64,000 nt of DNA from an uncultured virus (IMG/VR IMGVR_UViG_3300036766_002285). Lineage: Duplodnaviria > Heunggongvirae > Uroviricota > Caudoviricetes. Made by a program: the position numbers and the translations under genes. The notes under the pieces are model-generated. The model was not told the DNA's origin, made no database searches, and was given only the letters and a program-made list of their open reading frames with translations. Positions 1-9,784 of the stretch are shown piece by piece; position 1 is the stretch's first letter, and the number at the start of each line of letters is the position of its first letter. The DNA lies in IMG/VR virus record IMGVR_UViG_3300036766_002285. The stretch is one strand, 5' to 3'.

Positions 1-244
1 CTAACAAGTTGGGGGGGGGGAGGCTTGTACTTGGCTAGCTACCGGAAGTGTAAAAGCTAGGGCACCAATTAAAATACAAGCCAAAACACGACGCATATGT
101 CTAACCGGGGTGTTTATGATGGCCATAGGCGCTATAGTCCGATTTTATTAGGTTATAGCCGTAAGGTTACGGGAGTTTTATTTAGGAGATTTGGCCTGAA
201 ATTTTAGAGTATTTTATATCTAGTATCTATATTTGTTAAGCATT

Positions 245-733
245 CTAACGATATAGCCAGCCTGCTAATTCTAAAGCATAAAAGTCTGTCCATTCTTGGG
301 GAGAGATGGTTTCACATTCTTTACCAATTTTAAATGCATTAGCATAAGTGTTACCAGGCGGAACGAAACTTAAACTCTCATACTTTGCCATTAGTGCTCT
401 AAGTGGCGCCACTGCTTGCGTGCACTTTGTACCTAATTCTTGAACAATTGATTCAATAGATCCTCGTACGACTGCTTGTCCTGATTGAGTATCTAATTTA
501 GCTCTGATTGCTGGATTAACAGATACTGAGGGGGTTTGAATATTTGTAGGAATAGATGTTATAGCTGGGCTTAAGGTGGTCGGAGACTGGCCCGGGCTAA
601 TCGGTATTACAATCACCCTGTCTAGAGAAGTTGGTAATGTGACGCTATCCTGTGCGGATGTACATGCCACTAAAACAAAACCAGCAACTAATATGAGAAG
701 TAAATTTTCACGAAACCTAGTTATTGTACCCAT
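245..733 (-). CDS. Putative lipoprotein, paralog of 735..1193
   Basis: Hydrophobic signal ending LVAC (lipobox), S/T/P-rich linker, C-terminal domain VQELGxxCT-AVAPLR...CETxSPQEWTDFY shared with the next ORF. Confidence 0.7.
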   Translation of the reverse strand: MGTITRFRENLLLILVAGFVLVACTSAQDSVTLPTSLDRVIVIPISPGQSPTTLSPAITSIPTNIQTPSVSVNPAIRAKLDTQSGQAVVRGSIESIVQELGTKCTQAVAPLRALMAKYESLSFVPPGNTYANAFKIGKECETISPQEWTDFYALELAGWLYR

Positions 734-734
734 A

Positions 735-1193
735 TTATTTATTACTCATATTTACAGTAGTACTAACATTAGAGTCTATAGTAGTTGTGGTTGTTACTGG
801 CGTCTTAGAAATAGTTTCCTGAGATACGCCTTTAATCCAGCCTGTTAGTTCTAGCAGATAAAAGTCTGTCCATTCTTGAGGAGAAGCTGTTTCACAAGCA
901 GCTTTAGCCGGTCCAAATGCTTGCTCAAATTTATTTACTGGAGTAACTTGACGCACAGATGCGAACTCTGCCATAAGATCTCTAAGGGGCGCTACAGCTA
1001 AAGTACACTCTTCGCCTAGTTCTTGAACCACAACAGGGATTGCCCCCGGATCTATAACGGAATTTTCTTGAGAGTTTAGTAGTTTAGCAATACTTTCATC
1101 TACATGTATAGTACTTGAAGTCGTAGTCGATTGTGTACAAGCGGTACTGAACAAGATAATAATTCCTATTATTATTTTATTTTTAATGTTCAT
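735..1193 (-). CDS. Putative lipoprotein, paralog of 245..733
   Basis: Signal ending STAC, same two-Cys domain, Thr-rich tail; SD-like AAGGA upstream. Confidence 0.7.
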   Translation of the reverse strand: MNIKNKIIIGIIILFSTACTQSTTTSSTIHVDESIAKLLNSQENSVIDPGAIPVVVQELGEECTLAVAPLRDLMAEFASVRQVTPVNKFEQAFGPAKAACETASPQEWTDFYLLELTGWIKGVSQETISKTPVTTTTTIDSNVSTTVNMSNK

Positions 1194-1321
1194 ATTGGAG
1201 TTCCTTTTATGCCAGTATTGTTATACTGTGCTCTCTTTATAGCGCAGCGCCACTAGCTCAAAGAAGCTATATAATAGCTCAAAAATAGCCAAGCGTACGC
1301 ACAAGCGAGAAAGTAGCCTCT

Positions 1322-1350
1322 TTGACAGTGTGAGCCTGCACATGCACAGT
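1322..1350 (+). promoter_or_regulatory. sigma-70/SigA-like promoter TTGACA-N17-CACAGT
   Basis: Perfect -35 at 1322-1327 exactly 17 nt before CACAGT, upstream of the 1371 ORF. Confidence 0.6.
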
Positions 1351-1370
1351 ATAAAACGTAAATCAATTAT

Positions 1371-1601
1371 ATGGAGAACATAATGTCTGAAATGAGCATA
1401 GAAACCGCCACTAAAATAGTAGATACAGCAATGCGCAACCTTGTTGCTAAAGATAAAATTTGGGTTTTACTAGATACAGAGCTAAGTAAAATAGCTCAAC
1501 AGCGAATGAGCGCCGGCCAACAAGTAGATCTCGCACGAGCAGAACTGTATGCAGCAGAAGCACAACTAGCTGCCCTGGAAGAAAAACTAGTGAAGAAATA
1601 A
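1371..1601 (+). CDS. Small coiled-coil hypothetical protein (start may be 1383)
   Basis: ORF with heptad-like C-terminus; GGAG precedes the second ATG. Confidence 0.6.
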   Translation: MENIMSEMSIETATKIVDTAMRNLVAKDKIWVLLDTELSKIAQQRMSAGQQVDLARAELYAAEAQLAALEEKLVKK

Positions 1602-1611
1602 AACTCAGTAG

Positions 1612-1685
1612 TACCGGATGCAGGAATTGGACCTACCTCTAAGTGCTTATAAGGCACCCGCTAGCTACCAGCTAACCTATCCGGT
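1612..1685 (-). tRNA. Atypical tRNA-Ile(UAU), possibly degenerate
   Basis: Cloverleaf: acceptor ACCGGAT/ATCCGGT, D stem GTTA/TAGC, anticodon stem GGTGC/GCACT with loop CTTATAA, T stem GTAGG/CCTGC. Deviations: T-loop TCCAATT, A at position 8, ACTA instead of ACCA at the 3' end. Confidence 0.7.
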
Positions 1686-1799
1686 GTAATATACAATATA
1701 TTGTGGCGGCCCTGTCTACAGCGGCAATAAACCATACTGTAAGCTGTAAGTATGTGACTTTTATCACAGATAATCAGCTATCAAATATATTGAAACATG

Positions 1800-2311
1800 T
1801 ATAGGTACCGTGGAACATTAAATTTCAAACTTCATTTGTTAAGTTTTTCAACAATTGCATCTATAAATAAACATAAATACCAGCCAGAAGCACGTTTTAC
1901 TATTCGGCCACATTTAATTTTTCCCACGGGAAGAGTTTGCTTATGAAAACGTACCTGTCCTATACCGGGCAATTTAATGTAGTTACCAGCAGGAGCACTA
2001 ATAGGGTCTGGGAATGGTATGGAACTAAGTTTACGGCGGTTACCTTTCAGTTGCGGTTTACCGCTAATCTTTTTGAAACAGCATTACCAGGCAGTAAAGG
2101 TAGTGTTTAGTGTGCCTTGGAATATCAATCTTTCTACCGCGACCGGCTAGAAGATTTATAAAGTCATAGCGCGTATAGTAAATATTATATTTGGCATCTA
2201 ATTTTATTTTACGAATGGCCCAATTATAGACTCCGGTGAGAGAAAATAACTAGTCATTCAGCTGCTCTTCTTGTATAGGTTTTAATCTGAGTTTAATCTG
2301 ATGTTGGATCA
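1800..2311 (-). pseudogene. tnpB: Truncated tnpB pseudogene, paralog of 62077..63146
   Basis: Clear nucleotide similarity to 62670-63130 (KLSSIPFPDP...GRIVKRASGWYLCLFIDA); in-frame TAG where the paralog has Trp, further stops, RuvC half lost; 3' limit approximate. Confidence 0.8.
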
Positions 2312-2446
2312 TGGTTTCCTTATGCGAACAGAAGTATATCTAAATTACCATATATACAGTATTGTACGTATGTTAAGCACATAGTCAAGACACTCGCGTC
2401 TAAACCACGATGTTGTCCAAACAGAGAGTTGAGAGTTCGAAAACTA

Positions 2447-2484
2447 CAAAACACCTAGGAAGAACAAATTTCCTAGGTGTTTTG
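2447..2484. terminator. Probable intrinsic terminator
   Basis: Inverted repeat CAAAACACCTAGGAA / TTCCTAGGTGTTTTG just downstream of the 2496 gene. Confidence 0.6.
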
Positions 2485-2495
2485 TTTTCAGATAT

Positions 2496-2924
2496 CTATG
2501 TTTCTGGCGGAGCCTGTGATTCCTGTAGTCGCAGAAGCTCAGACTTGGGACCAGCCACTAGTAAAGATCCTAGCAGCAAGATAAGCCCTGTATTCAGAGT
2601 TAGACCGTTTATCAAGCCTAAACCTACAACTATACCACGTCCTATGACAAAACTAACAACCCGCAAAAATTGCACTTTTGCAACGGTTGAACTGCTTGCC
2701 ACTTGAAATGTTTTCAGTATCGTATACATGAGCGGCATGGTCGAAAACCACAACACCGCCATCCACACCCCACGATAGGCTTGGACTTGTGAAACTGCGT
2801 TATATACAGCTACCATAGTCAAAACGATTCCTGCTGTATATAATACGAGGGCAAGAAAAATGCCCGCTAATTTTTTGACGTCGGCCAGAGTAGATCTCTC
2901 TTCTGCCTCATATGTCATGTTCAT
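2496..2924 (-). CDS. Multi-pass membrane protein, likely paralog of 3043..3456
   Basis: About 4 hydrophobic segments; YNAVSQVQAYRGVWMAVLW aligns with HNATIQIIAQNGNWAVLAW. Confidence 0.6.
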   Translation of the reverse strand: MNMTYEAEERSTLADVKKLAGIFLALVLYTAGIVLTMVAVYNAVSQVQAYRGVWMAVLWFSTMPLMYTILKTFQVASSSTVAKVQFLRVVSFVIGRGIVVGLGLINGLTLNTGLILLLGSLLVAGPKSELLRLQESQAPPET

Positions 2925-3042
2925 CTATAAATCTCCAATTCAATGAGTTGATGAGTAATGCTATTGTACCATTAGCGCGTTATTTGGTAATTCACACTAA
3001 CAGTATAATAAATTGCAAGCACGATAGTTAGTAACTGCTGAG

Positions 3043-3456
3043 TTAATAGCCACCACTATTGATATCGTCTAGCCTGGCTGCTTCAGTACGACTGTCCAGG
3101 AGTTTATTGCCGCAATAAGCGAGTACCATTTCAGATACTATGATAGGTATAAATAACAACCCAGTCACGACAGATACTCCCCAACTGATACTAAATACAA
3201 AAATAAACAAATAATCCCAAATACCTCTAAAAATAATCTTATTTGTTGATTTAGTCGTCGTGCTAAGACAGCTAAATATCCAAGCAAGTATTAATATACT
3301 CCAAGCAAGAACCGCCCAGTTTCCGTTTTGAGCAATAATTTGTATAGTTGCATTATGGATAACATAGCTTGTTGCTGCCAACCACACAGACACTAAAGCT
3401 ATCCATGTTATTGTGTATTGTTTCACTTTATCTAGCGATTTCACATAGGAACTCAT
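3043..3456 (-). CDS. Multi-pass membrane protein
   Basis: About 4 hydrophobic segments, SD AAAGGA. Confidence 0.6.
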   Translation of the reverse strand: MSSYVKSLDKVKQYTITWIALVSVWLAATSYVIHNATIQIIAQNGNWAVLAWSILILAWIFSCLSTTTKSTNKIIFRGIWDYLFIFVFSISWGVSVVTGLLFIPIIVSEMVLAYCGNKLLDSRTEAARLDDINSGGY

Positions 3457-3637
3457 CTAGAGTCCTTTCGTTTATGAATGATATTATATACTATTTAGGC
3501 GTTTATATTAGAACAAAGGAGATTTAAATTATTTCTATTACAGGTACTCTAGTCAAGCACACCGCTTGTTTGAACTGCAACCGCTCGCATAGTATAGGTA
3601 AGACAAAAGTTCAACAAGACCTGTAGGAGACGCCATA

Positions 3638-3937
3638 ATGAGTGCTAAAAAGAAAGTTGTTAAAAAGAAGGCCATTAAAACCATACAAAAGAAAATAGTT
3701 GTACCACCCAGAGCGATTGGTGCTGAGGTAACATACTATTATAAAGGTGAAGAAACAGCAACAATGTCCTATATTTCTTTTGGCGAATACAATGAAGATA
3801 CCGAAAGAGATACTTTTGGCTATCCAGATGAGGATATTTTATATTATGCGACAAAAAAGGAATTTCCAGACCTATGCTCAGAACAACATTCCGGCGCAGA
3901 TTTTTATATAACAGAATACGACTTTAATTGTCTCTAA
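3638..3937 (+). CDS. Hypothetical protein, basic N-terminus and acidic C-terminus
   Basis: SD AGGAG, clean ORF. Confidence 0.65.
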   Translation: MSAKKKVVKKKAIKTIQKKIVVPPRAIGAEVTYYYKGEETATMSYISFGEYNEDTERDTFGYPDEDILYYATKKEFPDLCSEQHSGADFYITEYDFNCL

Positions 3938-3960
3938 ATATCGATGCTTAAAAACTAAGA

Positions 3961-4161
3961 TTATTCTATTTCAGTCAAAATATCAACTGCAACATCTGCT
4001 AATATAGGCGGCAATAACGTAAGACAGGCTGGCGAGCACCAGAGCTCTGCGTCGCTAGTTATCACTCGATGCAGAACCGCACCATCTGATACCAGTGTTG
4101 CTGCTACCTCTCCTGTGATATCGCTAGTTTCAATCTGCACCATATCACCGCGGTGGAACAT
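3961..4161 (-). CDS. Small hypothetical beta protein (KOW/SH3-like start FHRGDMVQI)
   Basis: ATG at 4161 lies 1 nt after the upstream stop codon; fold is a guess. Confidence 0.5.
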   Translation of the reverse strand: MFHRGDMVQIETSDITGEVAATLVSDGAVLHRVITSDAELWCSPACLTLLPPILADVAVDILTEIE

Positions 4162-4162
4162 T

Positions 4163-4480
4163 TTATCCCTCATCTTCGTATTCAAATTCATAATTAATAA
4201 ATAAGGTGCCGGGCCCGTTTCCCTCATCATCTCGAGAAGGTATTAATGTAGTCCCATCATCAAGGACAATCATCCATGAAAGACCATAGTCCCCCCAACC
4301 AAGCCAACTATAATTTCGCTCATCGTCTGTTAATGACCTAACACTCACAATGGTACGCCCAACTAAACAGCCATATTCAGACTGAACTGCTTCTTGCCGT
4401 TCCTTTTGGTCTTGCGCTCTCGCTTGCTCATCTGCTAGATCTATTGCCCGCGCTTGTTCTGGGGTTCGATTATTTGACAT
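4163..4480 (-). CDS. Phage-type hypothetical protein
   Basis: SD AAGGAGG; motif IVLDDGTTLIPSRDDEGNGPG. Confidence 0.6.
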   Translation of the reverse strand: MSNNRTPEQARAIDLADEQARAQDQKERQEAVQSEYGCLVGRTIVSVRSLTDDERNYSWLGWGDYGLSWMIVLDDGTTLIPSRDDEGNGPGTLFINYEFEYEDEG

Positions 4481-4943
4481 GAATAGCCTCCTTTTTTATT
4501 TTAATATTAATTTGTTTAAAGATATTTTTAGAAATTAGAGCAGCAAAGTGTATATTTATATTTAGTCTAATTACTTTATGTGCTTTCGCACAAGTTCGTA
4601 AAGCACCAGTAAAATCTGCACCGCTTAAATCCACCCCATCGAGCTGTGTTTCACGTAAATCGGCACCAATAAAGGATGCACCTTTAAGCTTTGTATCTGT
4701 TAAATTTGCACCCTTAAGACACGCCCCAGCAAAGTTGGCATTTTCTAGATTTGCACAAGTAAAGTTAGCTTTATATAAATTGGCGCATCTAAAGTCAGTA
4801 TGGGCACGGTTCGTGCCAACTAATTGTGCTCTGGCAAAATCAGCATTTTTTAGCGTCAACGAGCTTAGATCGGCATTTTCCAAACTACTATTGGTTACAA
4901 TTTTTGTAAAGTCCGGTGCTAAAAGTGGCGCTACTTGGTTCAT
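4470..4943 (-). CDS. Pentapeptide-repeat protein with degenerate C-terminus (lacks MPDG tail)
   Basis: A(D/N)L/Fxx repeats to about residue 115, then an unrelated AT-rich tail. Confidence 0.8.
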   Translation of the reverse strand: MNQVAPLLAPDFTKIVTNSSLENADLSSLTLKNADFARAQLVGTNRAHTDFRCANLYKANFTCANLENANFAGACLKGANLTDTKLKGASFIGADLRETQLDGVDLSGADFTGALRTCAKAHKVIRLNINIHFAALISKNIFKQINIKIKKEAIHVK

Positions 4944-5109
4944 ATTTTCTCCCTATAACAGTTACAGTCAAGGCGAATTTTGTAACTCAAATAGGCCTGC
5001 GTTTTTACCATTTTTAATATAGAAAAATATATTTGGTTTATTTTAGGCGCCCTTATGGTAACATTATACTTATTTCACATAATCACCTAACGGTGGAGAG
5101 GGGCTCAAA

Positions 5110-6594
5110 ATGGACCCTAAAGTAGAAAAAGCTCGACTGTTAAATGTTAAGCCCATTGAAGAAGAAGTACTTGTGGAAGCACAAGAAATTCTAAAAATGG
5201 CTCGAACAAAAGTTGCATTAGGACCTAGCGTCATTACTTCAATCGTTGTTGGCTTATGCCACTTCGCCTGGACCTATGAGATAGATACTTTGGCTGTAAA
5301 ACTTGCTGGTGACGGTAATGCTATGCTAATGGTAAACCCCGCGTTCTTAATTGGATTAGGAAAAACCATTGATGCAAATAACCAACCGGTGTTTAGCCGC
5401 GACTTGGCCGCTAATAAAGCATTATTTGCTCTCACTCATGAGGCGTACCACTTGATGCTTGTGCACTTGTACGTAGATCCTGCTTTGAGAAGAAACCCAA
5501 ACTGGACCACTGCTACAGAAGCTTGTATCAATTATCGCATCACCAAGCATTTACATTTACCACTCATCGCTTGGGTTGGAGACGAAAGTAAAGACAAGCC
5601 AGGTACATGGGAAGACGGTTGTGGCGTATATCCTGACAGCGTGTTTACGCGCTGGCAAAAAGCTATGAAAGACGCCAATATGGCAAGTGTGTTGAAGAAA
5701 GAAGATTTCTTTGCCACTGACATAGGTTGTTTTTCTTATCTTGAGTCATGCCCTAAGCATATTCCTGCTCAACCTAGAGGTCAAAAAGGCATGGGCGACT
5801 GTGTTCACTCTAAGGATGATCAGCAGGGAGAGGGCGAAGGTCAAGCACCTCTTGATCCTAATGAAGTCGGAAAACTCATGGATCGTGTTCTGGAAGGCGC
5901 TATTCAAGCAGCCAAGCAAGGATACGGTGAGGGCGACGACGGTAGTGGAGCTGCTAAAGATGAAATTTTGTCTTGGGTTGATTCTTCACCAGAAGCATCA
6001 AAAATGTGGGGTGACCTGGGAGCAGGTACACTTCGCGGCGATACTTCGCACTCTACTAAATCAGATCTGTGGGAACGTTGGACAGCTGATGCGATAGCAT
6101 CACGCCTTGCTGATGGTACCAGATGGAAGTACAATAAAAAACTTCCATGGGACAGAAGGGTGTCTGCATCCGGACGCGAACCACGTAAGCATGGAAGTGT
6201 TTTCGTTGACGCATCTGGATCTATGGAACAAGCCTTTTTAGATAAAGTAGCGTTCATTATTAGTGATATCGAAAATATCGAAATTGAGTGGCACTCATTT
6301 GACGGCGAAGTTTGGCCGTTCAAAGCAGGTGAAGATATGCGAGGAGGCGGTGGAACGTCTTTTCAAATTATCGATGACCATATCAATGGAGAATCTCCTT
6401 CTTATGAAGGCGACGACGAACATGCCGAAGGCGACCAAGATGATGACTTCGTTTTAGTTATTACCGATGGTTATGCACCACATATTCAACCTCGAGAGAG
6501 CGATAAATGGCTCTGGTTGATTACACCTGGCGGAGATGGTTGGCCGTTAGATGCTGGTATGTCTTGTCGAGAAGTCGATATTGATAACGAGTAA
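5110..6594 (+). CDS. DUF2201-type metallopeptidase + VWA-like domain protein
   Basis: HEAYH zinc motif, acidic/Gly linker, MIDAS-like VDASGSM, GGGGT and VITDG. Confidence 0.8.
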   Translation: MDPKVEKARLLNVKPIEEEVLVEAQEILKMARTKVALGPSVITSIVVGLCHFAWTYEIDTLAVKLAGDGNAMLMVNPAFLIGLGKTIDANNQPVFSRDLAANKALFALTHEAYHLMLVHLYVDPALRRNPNWTTATEACINYRITKHLHLPLIAWVGDESKDKPGTWEDGCGVYPDSVFTRWQKAMKDANMASVLKKEDFFATDIGCFSYLESCPKHIPAQPRGQKGMGDCVHSKDDQQGEGEGQAPLDPNEVGKLMDRVLEGAIQAAKQGYGEGDDGSGAAKDEILSWVDSSPEASKMWGDLGAGTLRGDTSHSTKSDLWERWTADAIASRLADGTRWKYNKKLPWDRRVSASGREPRKHGSVFVDASGSMEQAFLDKVAFIISDIENIEIEWHSFDGEVWPFKAGEDMRGGGGTSFQIIDDHINGESPSYEGDDEHAEGDQDDDFVLVITDGYAPHIQPRESDKWLWLITPGGDGWPLDAGMSCREVDIDNE

Positions 6595-6595
6595 G

Positions 6596-6633
6596 AAAAA
6601 GCACCCTAGACACTTTGTCCTGGGTGCTTTTTT
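6596..6633 (+). terminator. Intrinsic terminator
   Basis: AAAAAGCACCC...GGGTGCTTTTTT immediately after the stop codon. Confidence 0.8.
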
Positions 6634-6721
6634 ATTTTATTAACTAGCACACTAATAGTAATATTATTAACGCAGTATAGGCGCCCGCCTGTCATGCGGG
6701 TAACTTTATACATATTTTTAG

Positions 6722-6934
6722 ATGTATGACAAGCCACCCCCATTTGTGACAGTGTTTGTTATGCTATACATATCTATTCTTTTACTAGCAAGCATAGTAA
6801 TTTTCATAGTTAGTTTAATTTCCAAAATTAAACAACGTATTTCTGCTATAAAACTAGCGCCAGTTACGCTCAAGGATACTAAAAGTGTTTCGGCACGTTC
6901 CAATACTTTGTACAAAATGAAGAAGAAAGTCTAG
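6722..6934 (+). CDS. Small single-TM protein
   Basis: Hydrophobic stretch followed by a basic tail. Confidence 0.45.
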   Translation: MYDKPPPFVTVFVMLYISILLLASIVIFIVSLISKIKQRISAIKLAPVTLKDTKSVSARSNTLYKMKKKV

Positions 6935-6950
6935 CTGCTAAGATAAGAGC

Positions 6951-7748
6951 TTACTTAGAACAAATTTGGCATGTAGGACAAAAAGTAGTGCTGCGTCCGG
7001 CCACTTTTTTATTTAGTAGAATAGTGGCACATCTAGAACATGCCTCTCCATCTTTACCGTACACATTTAAGTGTTCTCCAAATGTGCCAAATGTTCCATC
7101 TAGATGCACATAGTCGCGCATACTTACTCCCCCACATTTCAAAGAAGCAGTGATTACATATAAAAGAGCATTATACAAGTCGCGAGCTTTGGTTTCAGTG
7201 AGCAAAGTTGCCTCTGGATGTATAAAACTAAGCCACAATGCCTCATCGGCTATATAGTTACCGACCCCAGCTAAAACTTTTTGATCTAACAAAATAGCTT
7301 TTATAGAGGTTTTGGATTTAGATACTATATTAAAAAAATGCTCAACAGTAAATTCTGGCCAATCATATTCAGGTCCCAAGTTCGCTAGGGTTGGCATATT
7401 AGTGTAAATTCCAGGTGCATGTATGGTTACCCCTCCAAATCCTCTAGGGTCTCGTAGAACTAATATGTTGTTGTTGATATTCCAGGTAACCCGCACGTGT
7501 GGTACATTGCCGGGATTTAATAAAAGCTGTCCAGTCATACCTAAATGTATCAACATTTCAGTAAAGTCATCTAAGGCCACTATTAAATATTTGCCTCGTC
7601 TGCTAACTTTTTCTACTTGTTTATTTGAACTACTGGTTGCTGAAATAAATCGCTGTGATCCGTCTGTTACAACTTTAGATAATACCTTTCCGACAAGTTC
7701 TTTTTCTAGGTGAACACGGATAGTCTCCACTTCTGGTAATTCTGGCAT
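6951..7748 (-). CDS. mutM: Formamidopyrimidine-DNA glycosylase (Fpg/MutM)
   Basis: N-terminal PELPEVE, RRGKY, HLGMTG, H2TH GVGNYIADE, C-terminal zinc finger CSRC...CPTCQ. Confidence 0.95.
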   Translation of the reverse strand: MPELPEVETIRVHLEKELVGKVLSKVVTDGSQRFISATSSSNKQVEKVSRRGKYLIVALDDFTEMLIHLGMTGQLLLNPGNVPHVRVTWNINNNILVLRDPRGFGGVTIHAPGIYTNMPTLANLGPEYDWPEFTVEHFFNIVSKSKTSIKAILLDQKVLAGVGNYIADEALWLSFIHPEATLLTETKARDLYNALLYVITASLKCGGVSMRDYVHLDGTFGTFGEHLNVYGKDGEACSRCATILLNKKVAGRSTTFCPTCQICSK

Positions 7749-7850
7749 GTTATATACTGTGCATTATAGCAATATAAATGCTACCATTGCAGCTAAGTTT
7801 TGTCTCCTAAAATGCCACAATAGTATAGCATAGAATAAAGGAGTTTTTTA

Positions 7851-8429
7851 ATGAGCAGTACTATGGATAGACAAGATGTAATAGACGCAGTAGCAAACGG
7901 TTCTGGCCTCGTAAATGCAGACTTAACTAACATAAATTTAACTGGGATCTGTTTAGCTAATGTGAATTTATCAGGAGCGAAATTGTCCTATAAGGATTTG
8001 CGTGGTATAGATTTGTCCTGTGCAAACCTTGAGGGTGCTGATTTATCAGACGCCAAATTGTGGGTGTCCATGTTAAACAAAGCAATCTTTAAAAACGCCG
8101 ATCTTACTCGTGCAGAGTTTACTTTTGCCAAAATGTGTCAAACTAATCTAGAAGGCGCCACATTATCAGGCGCAGATCTCAAAGGAGCTAACCTAAGTGG
8201 TGCAAATCTTAGATGTGCTAATATAACTAGAATAACTATAACAGGATGCGACCTTAGTGACGCTGATCTAACTGGTGCCAATATGTCTGGAAAAGATCAG
8301 TATAGCATTTCTTTAGAAGGAGTTCTCTTGTGTAGAGCAAATCTTACAAATTGCTACACCGAAGGCACCGATCTTACTAAAGCAGACTTAACTGGTACCA
8401 TCATGCCAAACGGATCCGTCCATGAATAA
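7851..8429 (+). CDS. Pentapeptide-repeat protein (array 1)
   Basis: Rfr repeats, tail TIMPNGSVHE, SD AAGGAG. Confidence 0.9.
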   Translation: MSSTMDRQDVIDAVANGSGLVNADLTNINLTGICLANVNLSGAKLSYKDLRGIDLSCANLEGADLSDAKLWVSMLNKAIFKNADLTRAEFTFAKMCQTNLEGATLSGADLKGANLSGANLRCANITRITITGCDLSDADLTGANMSGKDQYSISLEGVLLCRANLTNCYTEGTDLTKADLTGTIMPNGSVHE

Positions 8430-8446
8430 TTACAATTGGTATTTGT

Positions 8447-9106
8447 ATGGCTCGTAAACTTATCCGTACTCAAGTCCTAAAAATTATAGAAGCTCAAGGT
8501 ACTTTAGCTGAAACTAACCTATCCGGAGTTGATTTACACGGTATTAACTTCTCTGGCACCAGTTTGGCTTTTGCTAATTTATTAGAAGCCAACCTGGCAG
8601 GTGCTGATCTTTCTCACTGTGATTTAGTAAAAGCAACCCTTTATGAAGCAATTTTGACGAGGGCTGACCTGTCACACTCGAACTTATCTGGCGCTATGCT
8701 GGCCTATATAACCGGTGATAAAGCTAACTTTTTTGAAGCAAACCTAACCAAAACACACATGGCCGGTGCTGACTGCCGCGGTGCTAACTTAACTGGAATG
8801 ACGGCTTGTGGTTATGGCGTAGGTGGTGCAACCACAGAAGATGGATATGTGTTCGCTCATCACGCAGATTTTTCGTACGCCGATCTGTCTCGTGCAGATT
8901 TTAGAGGCGCCGATTTTAGAGGAGCACATTTTATTAGCGCTAATCTAATTAACGCCGATCTAGAAAATGCAGATTTAACAGACGTAAAGTTTACAAATGC
9001 CGATTTAAGTTGCGCAAATTTGCTTAAAGCTCAGGTAAAAATGAAACAACTAAAAACCGCCGTCCTGACCAGGACTATTATGCCAGACGGTAGTATCCAT
9101 GTATAA
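8447..9106 (+). CDS. Pentapeptide-repeat protein (array 1)
   Basis: Rfr repeats, loop ACGYGVGGATTEDGY, tail TIMPDGSIHV. Confidence 0.9.
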   Translation: MARKLIRTQVLKIIEAQGTLAETNLSGVDLHGINFSGTSLAFANLLEANLAGADLSHCDLVKATLYEAILTRADLSHSNLSGAMLAYITGDKANFFEANLTKTHMAGADCRGANLTGMTACGYGVGGATTEDGYVFAHHADFSYADLSRADFRGADFRGAHFISANLINADLENADLTDVKFTNADLSCANLLKAQVKMKQLKTAVLTRTIMPDGSIHV

Positions 9107-9121
9107 TAGAGGAATTACATT

Positions 9122-9784
9122 ATGACTCAATCACTCACAAGACCCCAAGTGCTAGAAGCTATAGAAGCTAAACAGAGCTTAGCAGATATTTTGTTAAACA
9201 ATGCAGATTTACATGACATAGATTTTAAAGGTATCAGCTTAGCTTCTGCCAGTCTCGTGGGGGCCAATTTACAAAATGTTAACATGTCGCATTGTGATCT
9301 AACTAGAATTAATTTCAGAGAGGCTAATCTCACTTGTGCAGATCTATCCTACACCCTTCTAGCCGGAAGCAGATTCTTTAACGTACAGGCCGAGGAAATA
9401 AATTTGGCTGGCGCCAATCTTACTAAAACAGACATTTTTTCCGGCATTTGGCACCATGCAAATCTATCAAATATCATTATGTGCGGACCTTCTATTAAAA
9501 AATATCCTGATCTTCAGTACAATACTTCTTGCTCTCATGCAGATTTAAAAGAAGCTAATATGATTAATGCTGATATGAGAAATGTGTATTTTGGCGGCGT
9601 AAATTTCAGTGAAGCTAATTTAACAAAAAGTGATTTACAGGGATCCGATTTCACGTATGCATGTTTCAATAACACAATACTTGAAGATGCGAACCTGTTT
9701 GAAACAAAAATAGATTTAGCACAACTAAAAACCGCTGTTCTGACCAGAACTATTATGCCAGACGGTAGTATTCATGGCTCGTAA
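9122..9784 (+). CDS. Pentapeptide-repeat protein (array 1)
   Basis: Rfr repeats, tail TIMPDGSIHGS. Confidence 0.9.
   Translation: MTQSLTRPQVLEAIEAKQSLADILLNNADLHDIDFKGISLASASLVGANLQNVNMSHCDLTRINFREANLTCADLSYTLLAGSRFFNVQAEEINLAGANLTKTDIFSGIWHHANLSNIIMCGPSIKKYPDLQYNTSCSHADLKEANMINADMRNVYFGGVNFSEANLTKSDLQGSDFTYACFNNTILEDANLFETKIDLAQLKTAVLTRTIMPDGSIHGS

Noticed and set aside
11..20. G10 homopolymer at the window start
   Set aside because: No upstream context is visible; cannot separate a phase-variable tract from a sequencing artefact
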